This document shows positions 9,974 through 18,693 of a stretch of 64,000 nucleotides of DNA, piece by piece. Source of the stretch: an uncultured Planctomycetaceae bacterium (GTDB lineage Bacteria > Planctomycetota > Planctomycetia > Pirellulales > PALSA-1355). The stretch is from NCBI GenBank assembly GCA_964598535.1, contig CAZRCI010000003.1, positions 155,741 to 219,740 of the forward strand, given 5' to 3'. The notes below the pieces were generated by a model that was given only the letters and a program-made list of their open reading frames with translations, did no database searches and was not told the origin of the DNA. Made by a program: the position numbers and the translations under genes. Position 1 is the first letter of the stretch. Every line of letters starts with the position of its first letter.

Positions 9974-11797
9974 ATGCTCCCGCGTGTGCAAACATTCGCC
10001 GCCCGTTGGTTCGGCCAAGCCGCCATCGCGAGCATGGCTCTGACCTTGATCCATTCAGCCGTGTTACCCCCAGCAGCAGCCACGCCCGAAGCAGACAAGG
10101 ACTCGGGGGAACCGCGTATTGGCCGGAAGATCGAGAACTTCAGGCTCGAAGACTCTTACGGCACGGCCCGCGAGTTGAACGATCTGCGTGACAAGCCGGT
10201 TGTGGTCATCGCCTTCCTGGGCACCGAATGCCCGCTGGCGAACCTGTACATGCCGCGGCTCGCAGGGCTAGCCGCCAAGCTCGATGCCCAAGGCGTGAGC
10301 TTTTTCGGAATCAACTCGAATCAGCAAGATTCGATCACCGAAGTGAACGCGCATGCCAAGAAGCATAACCTGCCGTTCCCTGTGTTGAAGGACGCCGGCA
10401 ACAAGGTTGCCGACGCATTCGGCGCTGAACGCACTCCGGAACTGTTCGTCCTGGACGGCGACCGCGTCGTGCGTTACCGGGGACGAATCGACGACCAATA
10501 CGGTATCGGCTATCAAAAGCGGGAGCCATCGCGCCGGGATCTCGAGTTAGCGATCGAAGAGCTCTTGGCCGGCAACAACGTGAGCCTCGCGGAAACCGAG
10601 CCGCTAGGTTGCCTGATCGGTCGCGTCCATCGGCCCCAGCCGTCGGGCGACGTGACCTACTCGAACCAGATCGCGCGGATCATGAAAGAACGTTGCGTCG
10701 AGTGCCATCACGAAGGCCAGATCGCCCCCTTCTCGTTGACCAACTACGAGGAAGTGGTCGGCTGGGCCGAGATGATTCAAGAGGTCGCGCACGACCGGCG
10801 GATGCCGCCCTGGTTCGCGGCCCCCGAGCACGACGAATTCAAAAACAACCCTGCGCTGACCAAAGAGGAGTTGGCGACGATCGATGCCTGGATCGAAGGC
10901 GGCTGCCCCGAGGGCGATCCGGCGCAGTTGCCGGCGGCGGCCGAGTATGCCCAGGGTTGGGGGATCAGCCGGCCGGACGCCATCTTCTATCAAAGCGACA
11001 AGCCATTTAAAGTTCCGGCCGAAGGGGTCGTCGATTACCAATACTACACGGTTGATCCCGGCTGGACCGAGGACAAGTGGATCCAGCAAGCAGAGGTCAA
11101 GGCCGGCGCTCCGACGGTCGTCCATCACGTGATCGTGTTCATTCAGGAGCCCGGCGGCCAACCGTTCGGCGCGCCCCAAATGGCCTATGCTCCCGGCATG
11201 ACACCACGGCGTTTGCCCCCGGGCACGGCGATTCGCGCCCGAGCGGGTTCGAAGCTGGTGTTCCAAAACCACTACACTCCAAACGGCACGGCCACCGAAG
11301 ATCGCAGCTATGTCGGTTTCGTGTATGTCGATCCCCAAACCGTGACGCACGAAGTCCTCGGCGGAGCATGTGGGCAAATGCAGCTCGCAATTCCGCCGCA
11401 CGACGCAAACCACAAAGTCGTCGCCCGAAAGCTATTCCTCAAGGAAGCCCTATTGCTAGGCATGAACCCACACATGCACGTCCGGGGCAAGTCGTTCAAG
11501 TACGAGTTGCAGCTTCCGGACGGCACGACCGAGGTCCTGCTCGACGTGCCCCGCTACGACTTCAACTGGCAGTTGTGGTACATGCTCAAGGAACCCCGCG
11601 TTATCCCCAAAGGCGCCCGCATGGTATGCACGGCCTACTTCGATAACTCGGCCGACAATCCAGCCAATCCCGATCCGAGCAAGGAAGTGAACTGGGGCGA
11701 ACAAACCTTTGAAGAAATGATGTTCGGCTTCTACTCGACGCTCAAGGAACGCAGCGATCTCGAAGATCGCGAGACCAAAACGAGTGCGGCCGAATAA
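9974..11797 (+). CDS. secreted multidomain protein: redoxin (AhpC/TSA-like), PSCyt-type heme c site, copper monooxygenase-like C-terminal domain
   Basis: AAGGAG RBS 8 nt before ATG 9974. Signal peptide. VVIAFLGTECPLANLY redoxin motif. CVECHHEGQIAPF CxxCH. C-terminal His clusters HHVIVF and NPHMHVRGKSF. Confidence 0.75.
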   Translation: MLPRVQTFAARWFGQAAIASMALTLIHSAVLPPAAATPEADKDSGEPRIGRKIENFRLEDSYGTARELNDLRDKPVVVIAFLGTECPLANLYMPRLAGLAAKLDAQGVSFFGINSNQQDSITEVNAHAKKHNLPFPVLKDAGNKVADAFGAERTPELFVLDGDRVVRYRGRIDDQYGIGYQKREPSRRDLELAIEELLAGNNVSLAETEPLGCLIGRVHRPQPSGDVTYSNQIARIMKERCVECHHEGQIAPFSLTNYEEVVGWAEMIQEVAHDRRMPPWFAAPEHDEFKNNPALTKEELATIDAWIEGGCPEGDPAQLPAAAEYAQGWGISRPDAIFYQSDKPFKVPAEGVVDYQYYTVDPGWTEDKWIQQAEVKAGAPTVVHHVIVFIQEPGGQPFGAPQMAYAPGMTPRRLPPGTAIRARAGSKLVFQNHYTPNGTATEDRSYVGFVYVDPQTVTHEVLGGACGQMQLAIPPHDANHKVVARKLFLKEALLLGMNPHMHVRGKSFKYELQLPDGTTEVLLDVPRYDFNWQLWYMLKEPRVIPKGARMVCTAYFDNSADNPANPDPSKEVNWGEQTFEEMMFGFYSTLKERSDLEDRETKTSAAE

Positions 11798-11907
11798 CAC
11801 GAGAACCGCCGAACTTTGATCCCGCCACATTCGCGGCAGCGCGATTCACGATATCGCTCGCCGCGGATGCTTACCTGTTTCTTCATACTTCTCTCCACAT
11901 TCACCTC

Positions 11908-12156
11908 ATGCACGCCGCGGATCCGTCCGAAAACCAACCACCGCTGTGTCTCGATCAGTTCTTGAAACTGCACGGTCTGGCCGGCACCGGCGGACAGGCG
12001 AAAGTTATGATTCAAGGCGGTGAAGTCACCGTAAACGGGCAAGTGGAAACCCGCCGCCGCAAGAAGCTGTCGCACGGCGACGTGGTGGAGGCGGGCGGCG
12101 AGAAAGTCGTGGTCGGAACGCGGCGCCCTGGCGAGTCGTCACTCCCCCGGGAATAA
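11908..12156 (+). CDS. S4-domain RNA-binding protein (YbcJ-like)
   Basis: 82 aa. LDQFLKLHGLAGTGGQAKVMIQGGEVTVNGQVETRRRKKLSHGDVV matches the YbcJ/S4-like pattern. Confidence 0.75.
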   Translation: MHAADPSENQPPLCLDQFLKLHGLAGTGGQAKVMIQGGEVTVNGQVETRRRKKLSHGDVVEAGGEKVVVGTRRPGESSLPRE

Positions 12157-12186
12157 ACGCGCCCGCGCGAATGGCGCCCCGCCCGC

Positions 12187-13629
12187 TCAGCCCGTTTGCT
12201 TCCCACGCGCGAGAATATCCCAGACCACGTTGCCGTTGGCGTTGCCGAGCAGGCCGCCGACGCCACCGGGGCGAGGAAAAGATACCTGTTCGGGCGTAAC
12301 TCCCAGCAGGTGCAGCAGCGTGGCATGGTAATCGTGGTGCGTAACGACGTTCTCGACGGCCTTGTGGCCCAATTCGTCCGTAGCGCCGTAAACACAACCG
12401 GCCTTCACGCCGCCGCCGGCCAGCCACATGCTAAAGCCATAGGTGTTGTGGTCGCGGCCGATGTTCTTTTCGTTTTGAATCACGGGCAATCGGCCCATTT
12501 CACCGCCCCAATGCACGAGCGTCGCCTCGAGCATGCCGCGCTGCTTCAGGTCTTTAATCAGCGCCGCGGCCGGACGATCGGTTTGACGGCAAACGTTCGG
12601 CAACCCCTTTTCGATGCCGCCATGATGATCCCAGGTTTGGTTGCCCGTATGAAGCTGCACGAAGCGCACACCGCGTTCGACCAGCCGCCGCGCGATCAGG
12701 CAGCGCGTGCCATAATCGCGGGTTTCTTCCTGATCGATGCCATAGAGTTTGAGCGTGGCCTCGGTCTCGCGTGAAATATCCAGAGCCTCCTTGGCGGCGG
12801 TTTGCATTCGGGCGGCGAGTTCGTAGCTATGGATCCGCGCCGCTAGATCCTGCTCGCCGGGATGCCGTTCGAGATGTTCACGATTGAGCTTATCCAGGTA
12901 CGACAGAAACCGCCGCTGCGCCGGTCCTCGCATCGAACGCGGCGGATCGAGATTCAAAATTCGCGGCTCGTGTGGCCGCACCACCGTTCCTTGAAACAAC
13001 GACGGAAGCCAGCCGCTCGACCAATTGTCGACACCCAGTACCGGGAGCCCCGTCGGATCGCTAAGCACGACGAAGGCCGGCAGGTTCTGGCTCTCGCTGC
13101 CCAGCGCATACGTGATCCACGAGCCGAGCGACGGCAAACCGCTGATGAAGTTGCCGCAATTCATCGCGTTGATCGATTGGCCGTGATTGTTGACGCCGGT
13201 GTGCATCGAGCGAATCAGCGTGATGTCGTCAGCCACTTCGCCCAGATGTGGCACGAGCTCGCTCAGTTCCATGCCGCACTGGCCGTGAGGCGAGAATTTC
13301 CACGGACTGGCGAACAACTTTGCGCTGGCCTCGGCGGCATTGTCGTACTTGATGTCGCCGGCAAAGGTTTGCAGATGCCGCTTGGCCAACTCCGGCTTGG
13401 GATCGAACAGGTCGTGATGGCTGGGGCCGCCCTGCATGAACATCGAGATCATTGCCGTGGCCTGGGGCCGCTGGGCCGGCCGTCGTGGCTTGAGATCGTA
13501 CGTGCGTGGTTCGAGTTCCGGCTGGGCCGGCGCGGCCGCCGCGTCCTGGGCAAGCAACCACGTGAGCGCCAGCCCGCCAAGTCCAAACGCTTGTTGTTCA
13601 AGAAAATGCCGGCGTGTATGGGCGTGCAT
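12187..13629 (-). CDS. DUF1501 domain protein (sulfatase-like fold, TAT signal)
   Basis: TRRHFLEQQAFGLGGLAL twin-arginine signal. FMQGGPSHHDLFDPKP and RDHNTYGFSMWLAGGGVKAG motifs typical of DUF1501. Confidence 0.9.
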   Translation of the reverse strand: MHAHTRRHFLEQQAFGLGGLALTWLLAQDAAAAPAQPELEPRTYDLKPRRPAQRPQATAMISMFMQGGPSHHDLFDPKPELAKRHLQTFAGDIKYDNAAEASAKLFASPWKFSPHGQCGMELSELVPHLGEVADDITLIRSMHTGVNNHGQSINAMNCGNFISGLPSLGSWITYALGSESQNLPAFVVLSDPTGLPVLGVDNWSSGWLPSLFQGTVVRPHEPRILNLDPPRSMRGPAQRRFLSYLDKLNREHLERHPGEQDLAARIHSYELAARMQTAAKEALDISRETEATLKLYGIDQEETRDYGTRCLIARRLVERGVRFVQLHTGNQTWDHHGGIEKGLPNVCRQTDRPAAALIKDLKQRGMLEATLVHWGGEMGRLPVIQNEKNIGRDHNTYGFSMWLAGGGVKAGCVYGATDELGHKAVENVVTHHDYHATLLHLLGVTPEQVSFPRPGGVGGLLGNANGNVVWDILARGKQTG

Positions 13630-13645
13630 TGCGGATGACTCCCGC

Positions 13646-16264
13646 TTAATCGACGTACAGAAACTCGTTGGAGCTGACGACCGCGTGGCATAGCTGAGCC
13701 AGGGCCATCCGGGCCGGCGGCGCCGCTTTGTCCTCGATCTTCAACGCCGTGGCCTGCTCGACAAGTTCCGCGGTTTGCTCGGCAAGAAACTCCTGCGCCG
13801 CCTGAACATCCTGCTCGCTTGCCGGCCTGCCATAGGCCAGCAGCCACAGCCGCCGGACCTGCGCGGCGGGCTCGTCGCCAGCCTCGCGCACGATGCGTTC
13901 GGCAAGCGCTTCCGCCTGTGAAACCACAAAGTCGCTATTCATCATCAGCAGGGCCTGCGGAGCGACCGTCGAGCGATTTCGCTGTTCGCAATTTGGCGAC
14001 ATCACCGGCAAGTCGAACGGTTCCAACATTCCCAGCGGCATCGAACGCCGCACCTGCACATAGATGCTCCGGCGAAATTCGTTTTCGCCCAGCGGCACCA
14101 CCTTGCCCGACGGACGACCGGCCGAATCGCGTGTGTCGACCCCAACGACGATCTGTCCCACGTCGTCGGGCATGACCGGCACCGCTTCCCCCAGCATCTT
14201 CGCGCTCAGCTTGCCGCTCGCCGCCAGCAGCCAATCGCGAATGGTTTCGGCCTCGAGACGACGAACGTTCCCCCGCGCCAGCAGCCGGTTCTCTGGATCC
14301 ACCGCCTCCAGCTCTGAACGGTGCCGGCTAACCTGACGATAAACGCGGGACGTAACCAGCATTCTCAGATGCGTTTTGAGCCGCCATCCGCTTTGCATAA
14401 ACTCGGCGGCGAGCCAATCAAGTAACTCGGGATGCGAAGGCCGGGCGCCTTGCATTCCAAAATCGGCGGGCGTATCGACCAGCCCTTCTCCAAACGCGTG
14501 CAGCCAGATCCGGTTCACCAGCACGCGCGCCACCAAAGGATGTGCGCCATCGGTCAGATGCCGGGCATAGGCCAAGCGGCGCCCCGTCGTCGGCAACCCA
14601 GGTTCATCCGCCGGAATCGTCCCATCGCGGCCGTTCAAAATCGCCAGCTCGCCGGGTCCGATCTCGGCCTTGGGATTATTAAAATCGCCTCGGGCAAACA
14701 ACTGGGTCACCGATACATGACCGGGCACTTCCGTGAGGCATTGCACGAGATCGTCCGCCGGCCGGCGAGCCTGCGCCTCGGCGGTTCGTTGGTCCCACGT
14801 CTTGTTGAAACCGGTCAACCGATCCGGCAAGTAAAGATAGACCGACCCTCGATTGACGTTCAGAAACGGATACTCTTTGACGAGCTGTTGCTCCTCGGGC
14901 GTGCGATCCTGCTCAGGCTTCTCGCGAGCGGCGCGGGCAAGCGGTTGCACATCGGCCGGAAGCTTGGCCAGCTCCGCTTCGAACGTCTGCTGCACGAGCG
15001 CGTCGAGCTCCTCGGTCCGGCGGCGCGTAAGCTCCTTCAGTTCAGCATCGACGGCGGCCGCTTGCGCCCGCACGTCGTCCGACCACAAAGAAACCAGCCG
15101 TTCTTTGGGTTTGCGCCACTGCTTCCAATCGTACGCGGGTTCGAACAGCGCCCGAAAGCGGTGATAATCTTCGTGCGAAATCGGATCGTAACGATGCGCA
15201 TGACACTGGGCGCATCCGACCGACAGGCCCAATAGCGAGCTGGAGACGATCTTGATCGTCTCGGCCATCACATCGTTGCGAGCTTGGCTTTGATCTTCCG
15301 CCGATGTGGTGCCATCAGGCCCCATTCGCAAAAACCCCGTGGCGATCAGGCGGTCCGCCTCGTCGGACGAGAGATTGCGGTACGGTGGTACAAGCAACTC
15401 GTCACCGGCAAGTTGTTCAATAATGAACGTGTTCCAAGGCTTGTCCGCATTGAATGCGCGAATCACGTAGTCGCGATACTTGTAAGCCCAGGGCCGTTCC
15501 AAGTCTCGCAGATCGTATCCGTCGCTGTCCGCGTAGCCCGCCACGTCGAGCCAATGGCGTGCCCAGCGCTCGCCGAAAGCCGGAGAGGCAAGCAGCCGGT
15601 CGACGAGCTGCTCATAGGCGTCCGCGGACGCATCCGCCAGAAAGCGTTCAACCTCTTCCGGCGTTGGCGGCAGCCCCGTCAGGTCGTAATGCAATCGCCG
15701 CAACAGTGTCAGCCGATCCGCCTCGGGCAAGAATTCCAGCCCCTCGCGTTCCAGCCGCGCAAGCACAAAGGCGTCGATCGGTTGCCGTACGAGTTCGGAT
15801 CGTTGAATCGCTGGCAGCGCCGGCCGGCGAATCGGCTGGAACGCCCAATGCTCGCGTTCTTCGTCGCTGAAGGCATCGCCCGGCGGTGGTGCGTCCGGTT
15901 CTGCCCGAGCCGCGTGCGCGCCGGCGTCGATCCACCGGGCGATCGTGGCCAGAGCCTCGGCCGGCAAGGCCTTGCCCGCGGGCGGCATTTCGCCCGCGGC
16001 GATGCGTTGATAGAGAACACTCGCCGCGCTGTCACCGGGTACGATCGCCGGCCCCGAGTCACCACCGCGTGCAAGCAGCCGGACCAACCGGGTGTCGAGC
16101 CCGCCGGCCAGTTCCGGTTCTTCGCCGTGACAATGCCAGCAATGGGCCTTGAGAATCGGCCGCACGTCGGCCTCGAACGTACTTGGCCCTTGCGACTCGG
16201 GAGTCGCGGCGAACAGTTGGCTCGCAAGAGTCACCAGACAGCAGCTAAGCAGAATTCGACGCAT
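13646..16264 (-). CDS. PSCyt2/DUF1549/DUF1553 (PSD1) protein, partner of DUF1501
   Basis: Signal peptide from ATG 16264 (MRRILLSCCLVTLASQLFA). CWHCHGEE heme-like motif. CAQCHAHRYDPISHEDYH DUF1549/1553 hallmark. Immediately upstream of the DUF1501 gene. Confidence 0.9.
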   Translation of the reverse strand: MRRILLSCCLVTLASQLFAATPESQGPSTFEADVRPILKAHCWHCHGEEPELAGGLDTRLVRLLARGGDSGPAIVPGDSAASVLYQRIAAGEMPPAGKALPAEALATIARWIDAGAHAARAEPDAPPPGDAFSDEEREHWAFQPIRRPALPAIQRSELVRQPIDAFVLARLEREGLEFLPEADRLTLLRRLHYDLTGLPPTPEEVERFLADASADAYEQLVDRLLASPAFGERWARHWLDVAGYADSDGYDLRDLERPWAYKYRDYVIRAFNADKPWNTFIIEQLAGDELLVPPYRNLSSDEADRLIATGFLRMGPDGTTSAEDQSQARNDVMAETIKIVSSSLLGLSVGCAQCHAHRYDPISHEDYHRFRALFEPAYDWKQWRKPKERLVSLWSDDVRAQAAAVDAELKELTRRRTEELDALVQQTFEAELAKLPADVQPLARAAREKPEQDRTPEEQQLVKEYPFLNVNRGSVYLYLPDRLTGFNKTWDQRTAEAQARRPADDLVQCLTEVPGHVSVTQLFARGDFNNPKAEIGPGELAILNGRDGTIPADEPGLPTTGRRLAYARHLTDGAHPLVARVLVNRIWLHAFGEGLVDTPADFGMQGARPSHPELLDWLAAEFMQSGWRLKTHLRMLVTSRVYRQVSRHRSELEAVDPENRLLARGNVRRLEAETIRDWLLAASGKLSAKMLGEAVPVMPDDVGQIVVGVDTRDSAGRPSGKVVPLGENEFRRSIYVQVRRSMPLGMLEPFDLPVMSPNCEQRNRSTVAPQALLMMNSDFVVSQAEALAERIVREAGDEPAAQVRRLWLLAYGRPASEQDVQAAQEFLAEQTAELVEQATALKIEDKAAPPARMALAQLCHAVVSSNEFLYVD

Positions 16265-16572
16265 GGCGGTAGCCGCAAGGAAGGAAGCGGAGGGAGGGAC
16301 GCCAGTGCAGCGAAAATGATTGTACTGCGCCGCGATGCCCCGCTCAACCTCGCGAAACTCCCCCCGAGCGATCGCGACGCATCCCGCGCCGACCCTGATT
16401 CGCCGCCACCCCGTTGCTCCCACACACGGCTCACAACGACTCGGAGCATGGATTGCGAATTCCAGCGTCGCTCAGGATCTCCCCGGTCGCGTCCCAAGGC
16501 GCGGCCCTGCGGAGCAAGAGACGTTTCGTAACCCTCAGGCATCGCAACGAACGCTCGGAGCTGCCCGCTCCG

Positions 16573-18336
16573 CTATCGCGTACGCCGCCGGCTGGGCGAC
16601 GCTTCCGCAATGGCCGCTGGTGGCAACGCGTTCGCCGTTGTGGGTGGCAATTCTTCCGCCGGCGCGCTGCGCGCGTCGGGAACCGGCTGCGGACCAGCGG
16701 GCACAGGCTCCCCCGCCGCGCCATCGCCCTCGATTGCGGCCGGCGGTTGATCGCCTACGGGGGGAAGGGCCTCGCGAATGGGCTCGGCGACGGCTTCCGG
16801 ACGTGGAACTTCTTCTTGCTGGAAAGCGGGAATATTCACCACGGGCGGCAAGTTGCGGAACACGTTCACATTCTCGCCAAGGCGAATCTCCCAACCGCCC
16901 CCCAGTGCCCGATACGTTTGGATCAACCCTTGCCCAATCTGGCCTTGTGATTGAGCCCATTGGTCCTGCTGTGTGATGAGCGACTGCAAGATGACCGCGT
17001 ATCGGTTGAAGTCGCCCAACCCCTGCCCCGCGCCTTCTTCATACTGGGCCACAGTTACCGCCAAGGCGCGATAAGACGCGTTGACCGACTCACCCAACAG
17101 CCGGGCACGATCCTGGGCTCGCAAGAACGTCACGATGCCGCTTTCCGCCTCGGCGCTCGCGTTCACCACCGTATTCTGATAGAAGGTCACCAGTTGATTG
17201 AAGCGGGCATCCTGCAAGCGGATGTTGTTCAACAAGCGGCCATAATTCAGCAGGTTCCACTGGAATTGCGGACCAATCGCCCCGGTAAACGAGCCTGGCA
17301 TAATAAGCTGGTCGAGCTGCGCGTTTTGCCAGCCCAAAAAGCCCGTGATCGTAAAGGCGGGATACAAATCACTCGTGGCGACGCCGATCTGCTCGGCCTG
17401 GGCGGCCGCTTCGCGTTCGGCGCGGCGCACGTCGGGGCGACGCCGCAGCAAATCGGCCGGAACTCCCACCACGATATAGTCGGGCGGAATAGGAATCCCC
17501 TGCCGCGGACCGGCGTTCAGCCACGGCTCCAGGTCGACCGATGGCCGCCCCAGCAAGGCACACAGCCGGTTTTCCGTGGTGCGCAAATCGATCCGAAGCT
17601 GCGCGATCTGTGCCTGGCTTTGCCGCAGGTCGCTTTCGGCCTGAGCGCGGTCGAGCTCCGTGACCCCGGCGAAGCCTTCGCGCAGCCGCAAGTCGATAAA
17701 ATCAAACACGTCTTGCTGCACGACAATCACGTTTTCCAGCAACTCGATGCGGCGCTGCAACGTGCGGATCTGAACATAGGCACTCGCCACGTCGGCCAAC
17801 AGCGTGACCAAAATGTCGTCGTAGTTGAACACCGAGGCGTCCAACGTCGCCTCGGCGGAAATGATCGCACGGCGATAACGCCCCCAGAAGTCGAGTTCCC
17901 AGGCCAGATTGAACCCAAGATCCCAGGTTTCCGAGTAGATATTCTGCACGGCGCGGCGCACGTAGCCGGCGTCCATGTTCTGCTGCTGCGGAAAGAAGTT
18001 GCCCACCGCGATCCCGTACTGCGCGCGTGCCGCGAGGATGCGGAAACCGGCCTCGCGCAGGGTGAGGTTCTGCTGGTAGGCGTCGACCATGATGTTGTTC
18101 AACATCGGATCGTCGAACGCTGCCCACCATGCGGACAGATCGCCCTCCTCGGTGCGCAGCCGGATATCGTTCTCGTCGATCCAACGAGGAGCAACGGGCG
18201 CCGTCGGCGTCAGGTATTGCGGCCCAACCTTGAAGCCGTTGCTAACATAGTCGCGCAAGTTCGTGCAACCGCACGACGCGAGCGCGCACATGACTGTCAA
18301 CGCCTTAACGGCGGATCGTAGTCGCCAAAGGAACAT
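16573..18336 (-). CDS. efflux outer-membrane factor lipoprotein (NodT/TolC family) with Pro-rich C-terminal tail
   Basis: Lipobox LASCGC. Duplicated OEP repeats. Last about 100 aa are rich in P/A/E (PPVGDQPPAAIEGDGAAGEPVPAGPQPVP...). Confidence 0.85.
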   Translation of the reverse strand: MFLWRLRSAVKALTVMCALASCGCTNLRDYVSNGFKVGPQYLTPTAPVAPRWIDENDIRLRTEEGDLSAWWAAFDDPMLNNIMVDAYQQNLTLREAGFRILAARAQYGIAVGNFFPQQQNMDAGYVRRAVQNIYSETWDLGFNLAWELDFWGRYRRAIISAEATLDASVFNYDDILVTLLADVASAYVQIRTLQRRIELLENVIVVQQDVFDFIDLRLREGFAGVTELDRAQAESDLRQSQAQIAQLRIDLRTTENRLCALLGRPSVDLEPWLNAGPRQGIPIPPDYIVVGVPADLLRRRPDVRRAEREAAAQAEQIGVATSDLYPAFTITGFLGWQNAQLDQLIMPGSFTGAIGPQFQWNLLNYGRLLNNIRLQDARFNQLVTFYQNTVVNASAEAESGIVTFLRAQDRARLLGESVNASYRALAVTVAQYEEGAGQGLGDFNRYAVILQSLITQQDQWAQSQGQIGQGLIQTYRALGGGWEIRLGENVNVFRNLPPVVNIPAFQQEEVPRPEAVAEPIREALPPVGDQPPAAIEGDGAAGEPVPAGPQPVPDARSAPAEELPPTTANALPPAAIAEASPSRRRTR

Positions 18337-18693
18337 TCCGTTGATCCTGCGGACACGCGCGGCCTGGGCATTTGATGAACAAACGACGGCTCGGCTGGCG
18401 TCAATTCATGACGAAGGGAGAGTGGACACGACGTGATCGAAGAGAGGACGGGAGGATGGCGCAAGCCCCCTGCCGGGCGTGCCGCGCCAACCAGCACCGC
18501 TGGTGTTATCGTCGCGACCGCACCCTCGGAGTGCGTTTTAAACGCGCCGTACGGTACAACCGTTACGCGCGTTACAGATTAACGCCCCGGGAGGCCCGCG
18601 CCCGACTCAAATGGCCTGCCGCTAGCGGCACCTCCACGAGGCCGCAAAAGGCCACGACCGACCTGTTGCAGCAGGCCTGCTAGCGGCTCGCGA

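Noticed and set aside
15284-18321. Large plus-strand ORFs (15284-16531, 16951-18321) opposite the PSD1 and OMF genes
   Set aside because: These are antisense shadow ORFs. Composition is Arg/Pro/Gly-rich and no motifs are present, while the minus-strand frames carry clear family signatures.
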